In this document: piece by piece, positions 48,207 through 59,422 of the stretch
How the letters are laid out: each line of letters opens with the position of its first letter
How positions within the stretch are numbered: the first letter of the stretch is position 1
Program-made: the position numbers and the translations under genes
Source: an uncultured Bacilli bacterium
GTDB taxonomy: Bacteria; Bacillota_I; Bacilli_A; RF39; UBA660
Length of the DNA stretch: 64,000 nucleotides
NCBI GenBank assembly: GCA_934162445.1
Contig: CAKPIT010000003.1
Location: 64,928-128,927 of the forward strand
Direction: 5' to 3'
The notes under the pieces: generated by a model
What the model saw: the letters and a program-made list of their open reading frames with translations, nothing else
What the model was told of the DNA's origin: nothing
Database searches by the model: none

Positions 48207-50360
48207 ATGAAAAAAGATTTAATTACCATCGATGATTTGATGGATAAAGTTGATACTTATATAAAAGATCCCAAAGAGCGGGGAGAAATTCTAAAAGCCT
48301 ATTTTTATGCCAAAGAAAAACATCGTGGCCAGTATCGTCAGAGTGGGGAAGACTACATTACCCACCCTTTGAATGTGGCTTTGATTCTTACTAATGTTTA
48401 TGCTGACTATGAATGCCTTGAAGCGGCTCTTTTACATGACGTGTTAGAAGACTGTGATGTCAAAGATGACGAATTTAAAGAAACTTTTGGTTCAGTTATC
48501 TATAATCTAGTTGATGGCGTTACCAAACTATCTCGTCTTCATTTTTCTACTGATAATGAATACTTAATTGAATACTATCGAAAAATTATAGTAGGGATGA
48601 GCGAAGATGTCCGGGTCATTATCGTTAAACTAGCAGACCGTCTTCACAACATGCGTACTCTTTGGGCCATGCCCCCATTAAAACAAAAAAAGAAATCAAA
48701 AGAAGTACTAGAAATTTTTGCTCCACTTGCCCATCATTTAGGTATTCATAAAATCAAAAGTGAGCTTGAAGATTTAGCCTTACGATATTTAAAACCAACT
48801 GTTTTTTATGATATTGCCGATAAACTTAATAAAACTAAAGCGGAACGTGATAGTACCGTTTATGAAATGCAAGATGTTGTTACTAATCTTTTAAATGAAC
48901 ATCACATTCCTCATGAAATAAAAGGCCGGGCTAAAAGTATTTATAGTATTTACAACAAACTTGATAAAGGGAAAAAATTTAGTGATATCTATGACTTACT
49001 AGCTATTAGAATTTTAGTCGACACCGAACAAGATTGCTACTTAGCCCTTGGTCTCATCCATTCGAAATTTAGACCCTTACCCAAACGATTTAAAGACTAT
49101 ATTGCTATGCCTAAACCAAATATGTATCAATCCCTTCATACAACCGTCTTTGGTATTGATGGTTACCTTTTCGAAATTCAAATTAGGACTTATGAAATGG
49201 ATGAAGTCGCTGAAAATGGAATTGCCTCTCACTGGGCTTATAAGGAAAATGGTGGTAGTGCTAAAACTGCTAATTTACAATCCACCACTTCCCAAAAACT
49301 TCAATTTTTCAAAGAAATAATGGAATTATCTAATGACAAAATGAGTAGTGAAGAATTTGTTACCAGTGTTAAAGATGAAGTTTTAAATAACAATATCTAT
49401 GTCTTTACGCCTAAAGGCGATGTTATTGAACTACCTAAAGGATCAACTCCTCTTGACTTCGCTTATAAAGTTCATACGAAAGTAGGGGAGACCACGGTCG
49501 GTGCTTTAATCAACGGTTCCATTGCTCCTCTTGATTATGAACTTAAAAACAATGATATTGTCAAAATTATTACCAAAGTTAATACTCATCCCTCTAAAGA
49601 ATGGCTAAACATCGTTAAAACTACGCAAGCCAAAAACAAAATAAGAAGTTATTTTAGTAAGAGTGAAAAAGAAGTTTTAATCGAGCGGGGTAAAGATTTA
49701 TTAGAAAAAATCTTGAGAAAACGAAAAATTGCCCTTACAGAATTTTACAAAGATGAGCATTTAAAACTTATCTACAAAGAAGTAAAAGTAGATAATCTTG
49801 ATGATTTATACTATGATATTGGTAAGGGTAAACATACTGCTAATAACATCATTAATATTGTTTTCAAAGATGAAGAAGAAAAACCAAAATTATTAAAAAC
49901 AATCACTAAAACTAATATAGATAACACATCATCCATTATGGTTGCTGGTCTTGATAAAGTTAAAGTAACTTTCGCATCCTGCTGTAAACCTGTTTATGGA
50001 GATCAAATAGTTGGTTATATTACTAAAGGTAATGGTATTAGTGTTCATCGTAGTAATTGCCATAACTTAACCACCTTAGAAGACCGCTGTATTGAAGTTA
50101 AATGGACTAAAGCCGATAATTTAAAATACAACAGTATCCTCATCATTAGAACAAACACCTTAGAAAATCGCTTAGCCGATATTATTCAAAGAACCAGTAT
50201 GCTTAATATTAATATTTCCTCAATTAAAACTATTTCAAGAGATGAATATGCTACTTATGAGATGGAAATTTTAGTTAAAGATAAAGATAGTTTGGCGAAA
50301 TTATTACTAGATTTAGAAAATTTACCATATATTACAAGTGTAGAGAGGTTAATGAAATGA
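48207..50360 (+). CDS. rel: Bifunctional (p)ppGpp synthetase/hydrolase Rel (full-length long RSH)
   Basis: 717 aa with HD, synthetase (RAKSIYSIYNKL, YQSLHTTV), TGS, a Cys-containing ZFD (CCKPVYGDQIVGYITKGNGISVHRSNC) and ACT domains; conserved secDF-rel-dtd synteny. Confidence 0.95.
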   Translation: MKKDLITIDDLMDKVDTYIKDPKERGEILKAYFYAKEKHRGQYRQSGEDYITHPLNVALILTNVYADYECLEAALLHDVLEDCDVKDDEFKETFGSVIYNLVDGVTKLSRLHFSTDNEYLIEYYRKIIVGMSEDVRVIIVKLADRLHNMRTLWAMPPLKQKKKSKEVLEIFAPLAHHLGIHKIKSELEDLALRYLKPTVFYDIADKLNKTKAERDSTVYEMQDVVTNLLNEHHIPHEIKGRAKSIYSIYNKLDKGKKFSDIYDLLAIRILVDTEQDCYLALGLIHSKFRPLPKRFKDYIAMPKPNMYQSLHTTVFGIDGYLFEIQIRTYEMDEVAENGIASHWAYKENGGSAKTANLQSTTSQKLQFFKEIMELSNDKMSSEEFVTSVKDEVLNNNIYVFTPKGDVIELPKGSTPLDFAYKVHTKVGETTVGALINGSIAPLDYELKNNDIVKIITKVNTHPSKEWLNIVKTTQAKNKIRSYFSKSEKEVLIERGKDLLEKILRKRKIALTEFYKDEHLKLIYKEVKVDNLDDLYYDIGKGKHTANNIINIVFKDEEEKPKLLKTITKTNIDNTSSIMVAGLDKVKVTFASCCKPVYGDQIVGYITKGNGISVHRSNCHNLTTLEDRCIEVKWTKADNLKYNSILIIRTNTLENRLADIIQRTSMLNINISSIKTISRDEYATYEMEILVKDKDSLAKLLLDLENLPYITSVERLMK

Positions 50361-50791
50361 GAGTTTTAGTTCAAAGATGTAAAAAGGCCAGTTGCCTTGT
50401 TGATAGAAAAACTATTTCTTCTATTAATGAAGGCTTAGTCCTTTTCGTTGGTTTTACGGATACAGATACTTTTGATACCATTACCAAAATGGTTACCAAA
50501 ATTATTAATCTACGGATTTTTCCAGATAGTGATGGGATAATGAATTTATCAATCCATGATTTAAATCTAAGTATTTTATCAATTTCCCAATTCACGTTAT
50601 ATGCTGATACTAAAAAAGGAAATCGTCCTAGTTATCTAAAAGCTTTAAAGAGTGATAAAGCCAAAGAATTATATGATTTTTTCAATCAAGAATTAAAGAA
50701 ACATTTAAAAACCGAAACAGGGGTGTTTGGCGCCGATATGGAAATAGAACTCATTAATATGGGTCCAACTACTATTTTATTGGAGAGGTAA
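50357..50791 (+). CDS. dtd: D-aminoacyl-tRNA deacylase
   Basis: MRVLVQRCKKASCLV...GLVLFVGF and the C-terminal SQFTLYAD motif; overlaps the rel stop. Confidence 0.9.
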   Translation: MRVLVQRCKKASCLVDRKTISSINEGLVLFVGFTDTDTFDTITKMVTKIINLRIFPDSDGIMNLSIHDLNLSILSISQFTLYADTKKGNRPSYLKALKSDKAKELYDFFNQELKKHLKTETGVFGADMEIELINMGPTTILLER

Positions 50792-50793
50792 TT

Positions 50794-51855
50794 ATGTATA
50801 AAACAAAAATCAATTATAAACTATTAAATTTATTAATTTTAATGGGACTTTTATATATTATAGTCACTAATATTGGTACATGGTATAGCATTTTAAGTCA
50901 AGTATTTACGGTTTGTCTACCATTTATCATTGCTTTTGGTATTAGTTATGCTCTATATCCCTTAGTAAAAAAACTAGAAGCCAAAGGTCTTAGTAAATCC
51001 TTTGCCGTCAGTGTCGTTGTCTTAACTATTACTGCCATTATTCTCATTATTTTAATCATCACCTTACCACTTTTATATAATCAGTTAATAACATTCGCCT
51101 CAAGTTTTGGCCAAGTTATTGAAGATATTAGTAACAAATATAATGTTAATTTAGATTTCTTAACCACCAAAAGTGGTAATTATTTAGAAACCATCATCAC
51201 TAGTATTGGTACCGTCGTTAAAAAAGGAAAATTTGATGTCGTTGGTAAAACCACTTCAATTCTTGGTAAGACCGTTATAACTTATGTTGTTGCTATTTAT
51301 TTTTTATCATACATGGACCGGATAAGAACCAATATTGGCCATTTCTTAAATAAAACTAATCAAAAAATTTATAATTATCTAAAAGATTTAGATATTGAGT
51401 TAACTAACTATTTAAAAGGCCTTGCTCTTTTTATGGTTATTCAGTTCTTTGAATATTCCTTTATTTTCTTTATTATTGGTCATCCTAACTGGTTCTTATT
51501 CGGAACCCTTGCTTGTCTTACGACCGTTATTCCATATTTTGGTGGCTTAATTACCAATTTACTAGCCCTAATTACTGCCTCTGTAATTAGTCCAAGCTTA
51601 TTTATTGCCACCTTAGTTGTTTGTATGATCTTCCCACAAGTAGATGGTTATATCATCTCTCCAAAAGTTTATGGTAAAACCAACAATATTAACCCATTAA
51701 TTACGATTATGATGGTTTCAATCGGTGGTACCGTTGGAGGCGTCTTTGGAATTATCATTGCCCTTCCTGTTTATATTTTAATATCTTCAAGCTACCATTT
51801 CTTTAAAGGTGATATTAAAAAAGGCGTTAACAAAGTTAAACGTGAATTAAAGTAA
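50794..51855 (+). CDS. AI-2E family transporter (PerM/YhhT-like)
   Basis: 353 aa, ~8 TM helices with the family-typical long central loop. Confidence 0.55.
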   Translation: MYKTKINYKLLNLLILMGLLYIIVTNIGTWYSILSQVFTVCLPFIIAFGISYALYPLVKKLEAKGLSKSFAVSVVVLTITAIILIILIITLPLLYNQLITFASSFGQVIEDISNKYNVNLDFLTTKSGNYLETIITSIGTVVKKGKFDVVGKTTSILGKTVITYVVAIYFLSYMDRIRTNIGHFLNKTNQKIYNYLKDLDIELTNYLKGLALFMVIQFFEYSFIFFIIGHPNWFLFGTLACLTTVIPYFGGLITNLLALITASVISPSLFIATLVVCMIFPQVDGYIISPKVYGKTNNINPLITIMMVSIGGTVGGVFGIIIALPVYILISSSYHFFKGDIKKGVNKVKRELK

Positions 51856-51957
51856 AAAATGTCAATAAACCGCTTAACTTACCTTATTACTTGCTAAATT
51901 AAAGAATTTGTGGTAAAATTATAAAGTGTTAATTTGAAGAGGAAAGTGGGTTATCTT

Positions 51958-52467
51958 ATGAAAAGTTTTTATAATGATGATGAATTCAACCGTTTAATAG
52001 AATCAATTATAAGTAACAAAGAGTATCAAAAAACGAAAAATTGTCTTCATCACGGGACAAACCGTTATAGTCATATGATTAGAGTATCTTACTATTCATA
52101 CAAGATTACTAAATTTTGTCACTTAGATTATAAAAGTACCGCAAGAGCAGCTGTTCTTCATGACTTTTTTTTAGACGATTATCAGGCTAAAGAAGAAAAA
52201 AGAACAAAAATTCTTTTTGCCCATCCCGTTATTGCTTTAAATAATGCAAAGAAATATTTTGATTTATCTTCTAAAGAAGAAGATATTATTAAAAGTCACA
52301 TGTTTCCAATTGGTAAAAGTGTTCCCAAATATCTAGAGAGTTGGATTGTTAATTTTGTAGATGATTTTTCATGTTTCTACGAAAGAGGATATATATTTAA
52401 AGAGCAAATGTCCATGGCTTGTAGCATGATTGCCTTTTTATTCCTTGTGTTGTTTAAAAGATGGTGA
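51958..52467 (+). CDS. HD-domain phosphohydrolase
   Basis: H...HM..V and AAVLHDFF (the HD motif); start at the ATG internal to the longer ORF-track frame. Confidence 0.55.
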   Translation: MKSFYNDDEFNRLIESIISNKEYQKTKNCLHHGTNRYSHMIRVSYYSYKITKFCHLDYKSTARAAVLHDFFLDDYQAKEEKRTKILFAHPVIALNNAKKYFDLSSKEEDIIKSHMFPIGKSVPKYLESWIVNFVDDFSCFYERGYIFKEQMSMACSMIAFLFLVLFKRW

Positions 52468-52943
52468 AAAATATGGATTTAAAAGAGCTGTTTAATGGCA
52501 AGAAAAACAAATTAGACATTAACTCCTTCTATACAATTGATCCAATGCTATATCAAAATACTGATATTATTGCTTTAGATCAAGTTAAGGTTGAAGGAAA
52601 TATTACATATGTAAACAGTATTGAATTATTACTTGATGTTGAAGTGAATGGTACAATGACTTTGGAAGATTCCGTTAATTTAAATCCAATCAAATACCCA
52701 TTTTCTTTCAAAATATGTGAAAATGTCTATCAAAATTTAAAAAATGAACAATTTACTCTTGATATTATGAGCATTTTGTGGGAAAATATAGTCTTAGAAA
52801 TCCCTATTCGTTACACAGAGGTAACAGATTATAAGAATCTAGAAGGGGATGGATGGAAGGTTATTAGTGAAAGTGATATTAATAATAATTCTAATAATCC
52901 ATTTAAAGATTTGTTAAAAGATTTTGAAAAAGAAGAGGAGTGA
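52461..52943 (+). CDS. yceD: YceD/DUF177 family protein (large ribosomal subunit accumulation)
   Basis: 160-aa acidic protein immediately upstream of rpmF, the conserved yceD-rpmF arrangement. Confidence 0.55.
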   Translation: MVKNMDLKELFNGKKNKLDINSFYTIDPMLYQNTDIIALDQVKVEGNITYVNSIELLLDVEVNGTMTLEDSVNLNPIKYPFSFKICENVYQNLKNEQFTLDIMSILWENIVLEIPIRYTEVTDYKNLEGDGWKVISESDINNNSNNPFKDLLKDFEKEEE

Positions 52944-52947
52944 TATT

Positions 52948-53166
52948 ATGTTAAAATTAGATATTCAATTATTTGCTGTACCTTTTAGAAAAGTATCTAA
53001 AACAAGAAAGAGAATGCGTAGAAGTCATAATGCTTTAGACTTACCAAATATGGTTAAATGTCCTAATTGCGGCGAAGTAATTAAACCTCATCGCGTTTGC
53101 AAAAATTGTGGTAATTACAAAGGTAAAGAAGTAGTAACAAAAACATCAAAAGAAGAGACTAAATAG
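52948..53166 (+). CDS. rpmF: 50S ribosomal protein L32
   Basis: [21 protein letters not shown]...[22 protein letters not shown] (Cys4); the only in-frame start with an RBS (AGAAGAGGAG) is the ATG giving a 9-aa N-terminal extension, MLKLDIQLF. Confidence 0.8.
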   Translation: MLKLDIQLFAVPFRKVSKTRKRMRRSHNALDLPNMVKCPNCGEVIKPHRVCKNCGNYKGKEVVTKTSKEETK

Positions 53167-53193
53167 TCTTTTTTTTAACTCAGGAGGTTTTAA

Positions 53194-53883
53194 ATGAAAG
53201 TAATTAGAAAAGAAGATAAAAACAGTTATACCTATATTAAAAATTATAGTGATAAAGATGGAGAATTAGTCTTTAATATGGCTAATGGTTCACATCCACG
53301 GGTATTAAAAACCCCTTCAAATGAAAAAAGAGCCCTTCAATTAATGTGGAATCAACAAGCTAAAAATGAAGAAGAAGAAACTAAGTTAGAAAACATTATA
53401 ACTAATTGTATTTCTATATCTAAATTCTTTGTTGTAATAGCCGCTACCGCTTTAGCATCCACCAATTTAATAACTAGTGAAGCTGTTAATATTGGCCTAA
53501 GAGTTTTAGCAACTATCAACCTTAGCATGATCCCTTTAGTAGAAGTACCTAAAATAATTAAAGCTAAAAATGATTTAAAAGAGATCAAAAAATATGATTA
53601 TCTAAAAAATCATGAAGCCGTATTAAATGATCAATTAGATATAACCAATGCTAACCACTTAGAAAACATCTCAACTAAATCACGGAAAATCATTCAAGAA
53701 GATACCAAAAAAGAAGAAACTCCATCATTTACATTTAATATTAATACTATTGATGATATTTCTTTAAAAGATTTAAAAACCATCAGAAGAAATTTATCAA
53801 GAGATCAATATTTTGATTTTCCTGATAATTTACAAAAAGAAAACTCAAAAGTAAAAACTAAAAGTAAAAATAAAAAGAAATAA
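53194..53883 (+). CDS. Hypothetical membrane protein
   Basis: 229 aa; central hydrophobic stretch ISKFFVVIAATALASTNLITSEAVNIGLRVLATINLSMIPLV; Lys-rich C-terminus; RBS CAGGAGG. Confidence 0.4.
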   Translation: MKVIRKEDKNSYTYIKNYSDKDGELVFNMANGSHPRVLKTPSNEKRALQLMWNQQAKNEEEETKLENIITNCISISKFFVVIAATALASTNLITSEAVNIGLRVLATINLSMIPLVEVPKIIKAKNDLKEIKKYDYLKNHEAVLNDQLDITNANHLENISTKSRKIIQEDTKKEETPSFTFNINTIDDISLKDLKTIRRNLSRDQYFDFPDNLQKENSKVKTKSKNKKK

Positions 53884-53961
53884 AACTGGATATTATTATC
53901 TGGTTTTTATTTATTTTAACTTCTTTTTGGTTTATAATTTTTATAGAAGGAGAAATAAATA

Positions 53962-56238
53962 ATGGAAAAGATACATGATAAAGCCTTTTATATTGTCCCT
54001 AATGCTCTTAAAATGAAGATATTAGCATCCTTACAATCTACTAATCAAATATATGATATAACATTCTATACTCTTGAAGAGTTTTTATCACACTTTCTCT
54101 TTACTATTAAAGATGAAGCCCTTTTATATTTATTAACTAAAGAAAATGAAAATATTGATGTTCTTAAATCAATGTTAAAGACTTTAAAATATATATCTCA
54201 AGAAGAAGTATATCAAAGTAGTAAATTACAAAAATTACAAGCTATATTAAAAGATTTAAAGGCTAATAACTACTTAGAATACGATGAAACCTTTAAAGAT
54301 TATTTAAAAACTAAAGATATATATTTAATGGGGTATTACTTATTAGATAAAGCTATTTTAACTAAATTAAAACCATTAAATATTCACTACGTTGATATAC
54401 CTTCTACCTATAAACTAGAAACCGTATATGAATATGATACTTTAAAAGATGAAGTTATTAATACTGCTCTTAAAATTAGAGAACTTAACCGTCAAAAGAT
54501 CAGCTATAATAAAATATTTATAGCAGGTATTACTGATGAATATGAATATGTTTTAGCAACTGTTTTTAAAATGTTTGATATTCCGTTAAACTATCAAGTA
54601 AAAAAACCTTTAATAACGATGTTAGGTGTTAAAGATTATTTAAATACTAAAGATTTATCCAAAATTAAAGATCAAAAATTAAAAAAATATCTTTTACATA
54701 TTGAAGAAAATCTAATTTATGCTGTTAATAGCCCATATTATGACCTTTTACTAAAAGATAAGCTAACAACTACTAACTATCAAAACGATGCTTTAATAGA
54801 GGCTGTAACTTGTCTTAATGATGCCTTAGAAATACCATACTTAATAGCTGATGATGAATATTTATTTGTTCTTGGCTTTAACCAAAACACTATTCCCAAA
54901 ATTTATAAAGATGAAGATTATCTGTCTGATAATTTAAAAACCATCCTTGGTGTAAATCAATCATATATTAATAACGATTTTGAAAAGAAAAATCTTCTTA
55001 GTTGTTTAACCAATATTAAAAACTTAACCATATCATATAAACTAACAACCTTATCAAGTGAAATGGTAAAATCAAGTCTTTTAGATGACTTAAATTTAAA
55101 AGTTATTAAAGAACAAGTCAAAAATTATCATTTTAGTAATTTTTATAATGAATACTTATTAACCGAAAGTTTAGATAATTACTATAAATATCATGAAAAA
55201 AGCAGTGATTTTGCATATTTAACTACGAATATTTCTCTAGAAAAATATAATAGCTATCATCATCATTTCACTGGGTTAAAAAGAGAAGTTACTCCTTATA
55301 ATTTATCATATTCATCATTTGATGACTTTTCTAAGTGTTCTTTTAAATACTATTTAAAATATATCTTAAACTTAGATGAATATAAAGAAGAATTTAGTCA
55401 AAAAGTAGGTAATATCTTTCATGATGTATTAAAGAAAAGTTATAACGAAAACTTTAATTTTGACCAAGCCTTTAATAATACCATTAGTAATATTGATCTT
55501 GATAGTAGAGAAAAGTTTTTACTAACAAGACTTAAAGACGAATTAGCATTCATTATTAACTATAATCACGAAACGGAAAAGAAGGGGATGCTTCATAACT
55601 TTTATGGTGAGAAGAAACTAGAAGTAAAATTAAGTGATAAAGTTACCCTAAAAGGTTTTATCGATAAAATTTTATATCAAACCAATAACAACATCACTTA
55701 CTATACTATTTTTGATTATAAAACCGGTAAAGTAAGTTTAAATTTAAAATATTTAAACTATGGGTTATTCATGCAACTTCCTCTTTATGTATTTTTAATT
55801 ACTAAATCAGCCCTTTTTACTAATGGTTACTTAATCGGCTTTTTCTATCAAAAACTTTTAGAAAGTGCCATAAACGATGAAGAAAGACAAAAGAACCTAA
55901 AGCTTGAAGGTTATGTTATTAACGATTTAGATCTTATTACCTTTATTGATGAAGACTTTAAAAATCAAAGTTTTATTAAAGGTCTAGGCACTACTAAAGA
56001 TGATAATTTCAAAAAAACTAGTAAAATCTTATCTAAAGAAGAAATTAATAATTTAATCATCACTGTTTTCCAAACTCTAAAAGAAGGAATTACTAAGATT
56101 GATAATAGTGATTTTCAAATAAATCCTAAACTTCTTAATAACCAAAACATTTCTTGTCCTTTCTGTCCATTCAATGATATTTGTTTCAAAGACTATAATG
56201 ATTATATTTATATAGAAGAAGGTGAAAACAATGCCTAA
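53962..56238 (+). CDS. addB: Helicase-nuclease AddB/RexB-like subunit (short form with C-terminal Fe-S RecB-family nuclease)
   Basis: C-terminal nuclease motif IFDYKTGK and Cys cluster CPFCPFNDIC; immediately upstream of and overlapping addA; 758 aa (shorter than the ~1150-aa Bacillus AddB). Confidence 0.65.
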   Translation: MEKIHDKAFYIVPNALKMKILASLQSTNQIYDITFYTLEEFLSHFLFTIKDEALLYLLTKENENIDVLKSMLKTLKYISQEEVYQSSKLQKLQAILKDLKANNYLEYDETFKDYLKTKDIYLMGYYLLDKAILTKLKPLNIHYVDIPSTYKLETVYEYDTLKDEVINTALKIRELNRQKISYNKIFIAGITDEYEYVLATVFKMFDIPLNYQVKKPLITMLGVKDYLNTKDLSKIKDQKLKKYLLHIEENLIYAVNSPYYDLLLKDKLTTTNYQNDALIEAVTCLNDALEIPYLIADDEYLFVLGFNQNTIPKIYKDEDYLSDNLKTILGVNQSYINNDFEKKNLLSCLTNIKNLTISYKLTTLSSEMVKSSLLDDLNLKVIKEQVKNYHFSNFYNEYLLTESLDNYYKYHEKSSDFAYLTTNISLEKYNSYHHHFTGLKREVTPYNLSYSSFDDFSKCSFKYYLKYILNLDEYKEEFSQKVGNIFHDVLKKSYNENFNFDQAFNNTISNIDLDSREKFLLTRLKDELAFIINYNHETEKKGMLHNFYGEKKLEVKLSDKVTLKGFIDKILYQTNNNITYYTIFDYKTGKVSLNLKYLNYGLFMQLPLYVFLITKSALFTNGYLIGFFYQKLLESAINDEERQKNLKLEGYVINDLDLITFIDEDFKNQSFIKGLGTTKDDNFKKTSKILSKEEINNLIITVFQTLKEGITKIDNSDFQINPKLLNNQNISCPFCPFNDICFKDYNDYIYIEEGENNA

Positions 56239-59200
56239 ATTTACTGAAGAACAACAACTAGCAATTGACACTGAAAACAGTAACATTCTAGTAAGTGCTG
56301 GGGCCGGCAGTGGGAAAACAGCCGTTTTAACCGAGCGAGTTATTAGAAAAATTAAAAATGGCGTTCATATCAATGAACTATTAATACTAACCTTTACTAA
56401 TAAAGCCGCTCAAGAAATGAAAGAAAGAATCCGGAATAAATTAATAAAAGAAAATCTCAAAGAAGAATTACAACTAATAGATACTTCCTATGTTACTACC
56501 TTTGACTCTTATGCTTTATCCTTAGTAAAAAAATATGCTGATGTTATTCATCTATCTAAAAATATAAAAATAACTGATGATACCATCTTAAACCTAAAAA
56601 AAGAAGAACTTTTAGATGATATTTTCCTATCATATTATGAAAATCCCACTAAAAAATTTCAAGAGTTAATTACTAACTTCTGTTTAAAAACAGATAAAAA
56701 TTTAAAAGTTAAAATTCTAGAACTAAACAATAAACTTGATTTAATTCTAGATAAAGAAAAGTATCTAAAAGATTATTTAAATAGTTATTATAGTAAAGAA
56801 AATATTAATAATCTTATAAGAGAGTATTTAAACTTAGTAATGTCTAAAAAAGATCTTATTATTGATACTTATGAAGAACTTTGTAGTGTCTCAGAAGATA
56901 AGTACCTAGAAAATTTAATAGCTACCTTTAAAGACTTTATTAATACTTCAAATTATGATGAAATTAAAAAAATAGGGCCACTAAAACTTCCCAATGCTAG
57001 ATTAAAAGGAACAGATCCATCCTCAAAAGAATTAAGAGAAACTTTAAAAAAATTACTTGATGAATTTAATAGTATCACTTCATATAATTCCCTAAACGAT
57101 ATAACCTTATCTTTTCAAGAGAGTAAAGATTATATTGGAGTTATTGTTGCTATCATTTTAAAATTAGAGGAAAAATTTACTCACTATAAATTAGAAAATA
57201 ACTATTTCACTTTCATGGATATAGAAAAATTAGCCATAAAATTAGTAAGAGACTATCAAGAAGTAAATCTTGAAGTTAAAAATTCCTTTAATGAAATCTT
57301 AATTGATGAATATCAAGATACTAACGATATTCAAGAAGAATTTGTAAATCTTATCGCCCATAATAACGTTTATATGGTAGGAGATATTAAACAATCTATT
57401 TATCGCTTTCGAAATGCTAATCCCGCTCTTTTTAAAACTAAATATGACAACTATAAAGAAAACAAAGGGGGTAAACTAATCGATTTAACCAAAAACTTCC
57501 GAAGTAGAAAAGAAGTTATTGATGATATTAATCTTTTCTTTGATCATATCATGGATGATAAGCTAGGGGGAGCAACTTATACTAAGGGTCATGAAATGAT
57601 TTTTGGTAATATGACATATCAAGAAAGTGCCAAAGTTGATATTGATACCAACATGGAAATCTATACTTATGATAGCAATAATCATGACTTTAAGAAAGAA
57701 GAACAAGAAGCCTTCTTAATCGGTAATGACATCAAAAAGAAAATAAATAGTCATTACTTAGTATATGATAAAGATACTGATAAATTACGACAACTGGAAT
57801 ATAGAGATATTGTTATTCTCTTAGATAGATCCACCAATTTCTTTCTTTTTAAACAAATCTTTGAATACTTGCAAATTCCTATTGTTATTTATGAAGATGA
57901 AAAAACCAGTGGTAGTTTTGATTTAGCCCTTTTAAAAAATATTTTCATTTTTGCTAAACATCTTATCTTAAATCAAAAAGACACTCTTTATAAAAAATCA
58001 TTCACATCCCTTGCTAGATCCTTTCTTTTTGCCTATTCTGATCAAGAAATATATGATGTTCTGACCACTAATAAAATTGAAAAAACCAGTATCTATGAAG
58101 TTTTTAAAGAAGTATTAACTGATTATGAAATCCAAACTCCCAAAGCTTTTTTACAAAAGATATTAGCTATTACAAATTATGAAGAACACCTTTTAACATT
58201 AACTAATATCAATGTTCTATCTCACCGTATGGAGTACTTTTACAATTTAATTGGTAACTTAGAAAGTGCTAATTATACCATCATTGATATCGCTGATTAT
58301 CTATTAGCAATTGAAGATAAAAAACTAGAAATCAAACTTTCCATCAATAAAAGTGATAGCAATAGTGTTAAAATTATGACCATTCATAAATCTAAAGGTC
58401 TAGAATATCCAATCTGTTATTTTGCTAATTTTTATAAAGATTTTAATAAACAAGATCTAAATAATAGTGTTTTATTTGATCAACATTATGGCATCATTAT
58501 TCCCGACTTTAATGCTAATACCAATTTAATTACCAAGACTCTTCTAAAAGATAAAATCATTAAAGAAGATATTAGTGAAAAAATAAGACTATTATATGTT
58601 GCCTTAACAAGAGCAAGAGAAAAGATGATTATCGTTATGCCTCAAAGTGAAGAAGAAGTAGATATAAATGGTCTTGTTAGCGATATGTATCGGTTGAACT
58701 ACACAAACTTTGCCAAGATGGTAATAAGTGTTAAAACCCTTTTTGCAAATCGTATCACCAACTTTACAACTATTCCCGATATTACAAAAGACTATTTAAA
58801 AGTTCAAGAAATAAAAAAACTTAAAAGTCATAATTCTTCTCTTGATATCATAAACTCTAATTATAGAAAAGGAGAAGTGGAAAAAGAAGTATATCATGAA
58901 GAGAAAATGGAGAAAAAAGATAAACAAGAACTCGATCTGTTAAAAGAAGGAGATAAAATCCATAGTTTATTTGAACGTATTGATTATGATAAAGGATTAC
59001 TTCCAAAAACTACTGATAAATTTATCAAAGATAAACTAGAAAAGTTTTACAATAATCCATTCATGCAAAGTCTTCAATCAGCAAAGAAATATAAAGAGTA
59101 TGAATTTATCTATGAAAAGAATAATAAAACTTATCATGGTAAAATCGATTTATTACTTGTTTTTGATACTTTTAATATTATCATTGACTACAAATTAAAA

Positions 59201-59329
59201 AACACAAATAGTCAAGGTTATATTAATCAGTTAACAGGTTATAAAGAAGTAATTGAAACTAAAACCAAGAAACCATGTCAGTGTTATTTGTATTCCATTA
59301 TTGATAATAAATTTGTCAAGATCTGTTGA
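56231..59329 (+). CDS. addA: Helicase-nuclease AddA/RexA (UvrD-like helicase + RecB nuclease)
   Basis: Walker A GAGSGKTAVLTERV; UvrD motifs DEYQDTN, VGDIKQSIYRFRNA; C-terminal nuclease GKIDLLLVF...IDYKLKN. Confidence 0.85.
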   Translation: MPKFTEEQQLAIDTENSNILVSAGAGSGKTAVLTERVIRKIKNGVHINELLILTFTNKAAQEMKERIRNKLIKENLKEELQLIDTSYVTTFDSYALSLVKKYADVIHLSKNIKITDDTILNLKKEELLDDIFLSYYENPTKKFQELITNFCLKTDKNLKVKILELNNKLDLILDKEKYLKDYLNSYYSKENINNLIREYLNLVMSKKDLIIDTYEELCSVSEDKYLENLIATFKDFINTSNYDEIKKIGPLKLPNARLKGTDPSSKELRETLKKLLDEFNSITSYNSLNDITLSFQESKDYIGVIVAIILKLEEKFTHYKLENNYFTFMDIEKLAIKLVRDYQEVNLEVKNSFNEILIDEYQDTNDIQEEFVNLIAHNNVYMVGDIKQSIYRFRNANPALFKTKYDNYKENKGGKLIDLTKNFRSRKEVIDDINLFFDHIMDDKLGGATYTKGHEMIFGNMTYQESAKVDIDTNMEIYTYDSNNHDFKKEEQEAFLIGNDIKKKINSHYLVYDKDTDKLRQLEYRDIVILLDRSTNFFLFKQIFEYLQIPIVIYEDEKTSGSFDLALLKNIFIFAKHLILNQKDTLYKKSFTSLARSFLFAYSDQEIYDVLTTNKIEKTSIYEVFKEVLTDYEIQTPKAFLQKILAITNYEEHLLTLTNINVLSHRMEYFYNLIGNLESANYTIIDIADYLLAIEDKKLEIKLSINKSDSNSVKIMTIHKSKGLEYPICYFANFYKDFNKQDLNNSVLFDQHYGIIIPDFNANTNLITKTLLKDKIIKEDISEKIRLLYVALTRAREKMIIVMPQSEEEVDINGLVSDMYRLNYTNFAKMVISVKTLFANRITNFTTIPDITKDYLKVQEIKKLKSHNSSLDIINSNYRKGEVEKEVYHEEKMEKKDKQELDLLKEGDKIHSLFERIDYDKGLLPKTTDKFIKDKLEKFYNNPFMQSLQSAKKYKEYEFIYEKNNKTYHGKIDLLLVFDTFNIIIDYKLKNTNSQGYINQLTGYKEVIETKTKKPCQCYLYSIIDNKFVKIC

Positions 59330-59344
59330 TATAATTAACTAATA

Positions 59345-59375
59345 TTTGACAAATTTGTCAAAATGTAGTATAATA
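59345..59375 (+). promoter_or_regulatory. Promoter with an 18-bp perfect palindromic operator-like site overlapping the -35
   Basis: TTTGACAAATTTGTCAAA (59345-59362) contains the TTGACA -35; TATAAT at 59370-59375; an extra half-site AAATTTGTCAA lies at 59310-59320. Confidence 0.5.
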
Positions 59376-59422
59376 CAACCAACTTCAAAATATGGGGGTA
59401 AAAATAAAAAGGGGGGAGTCAT

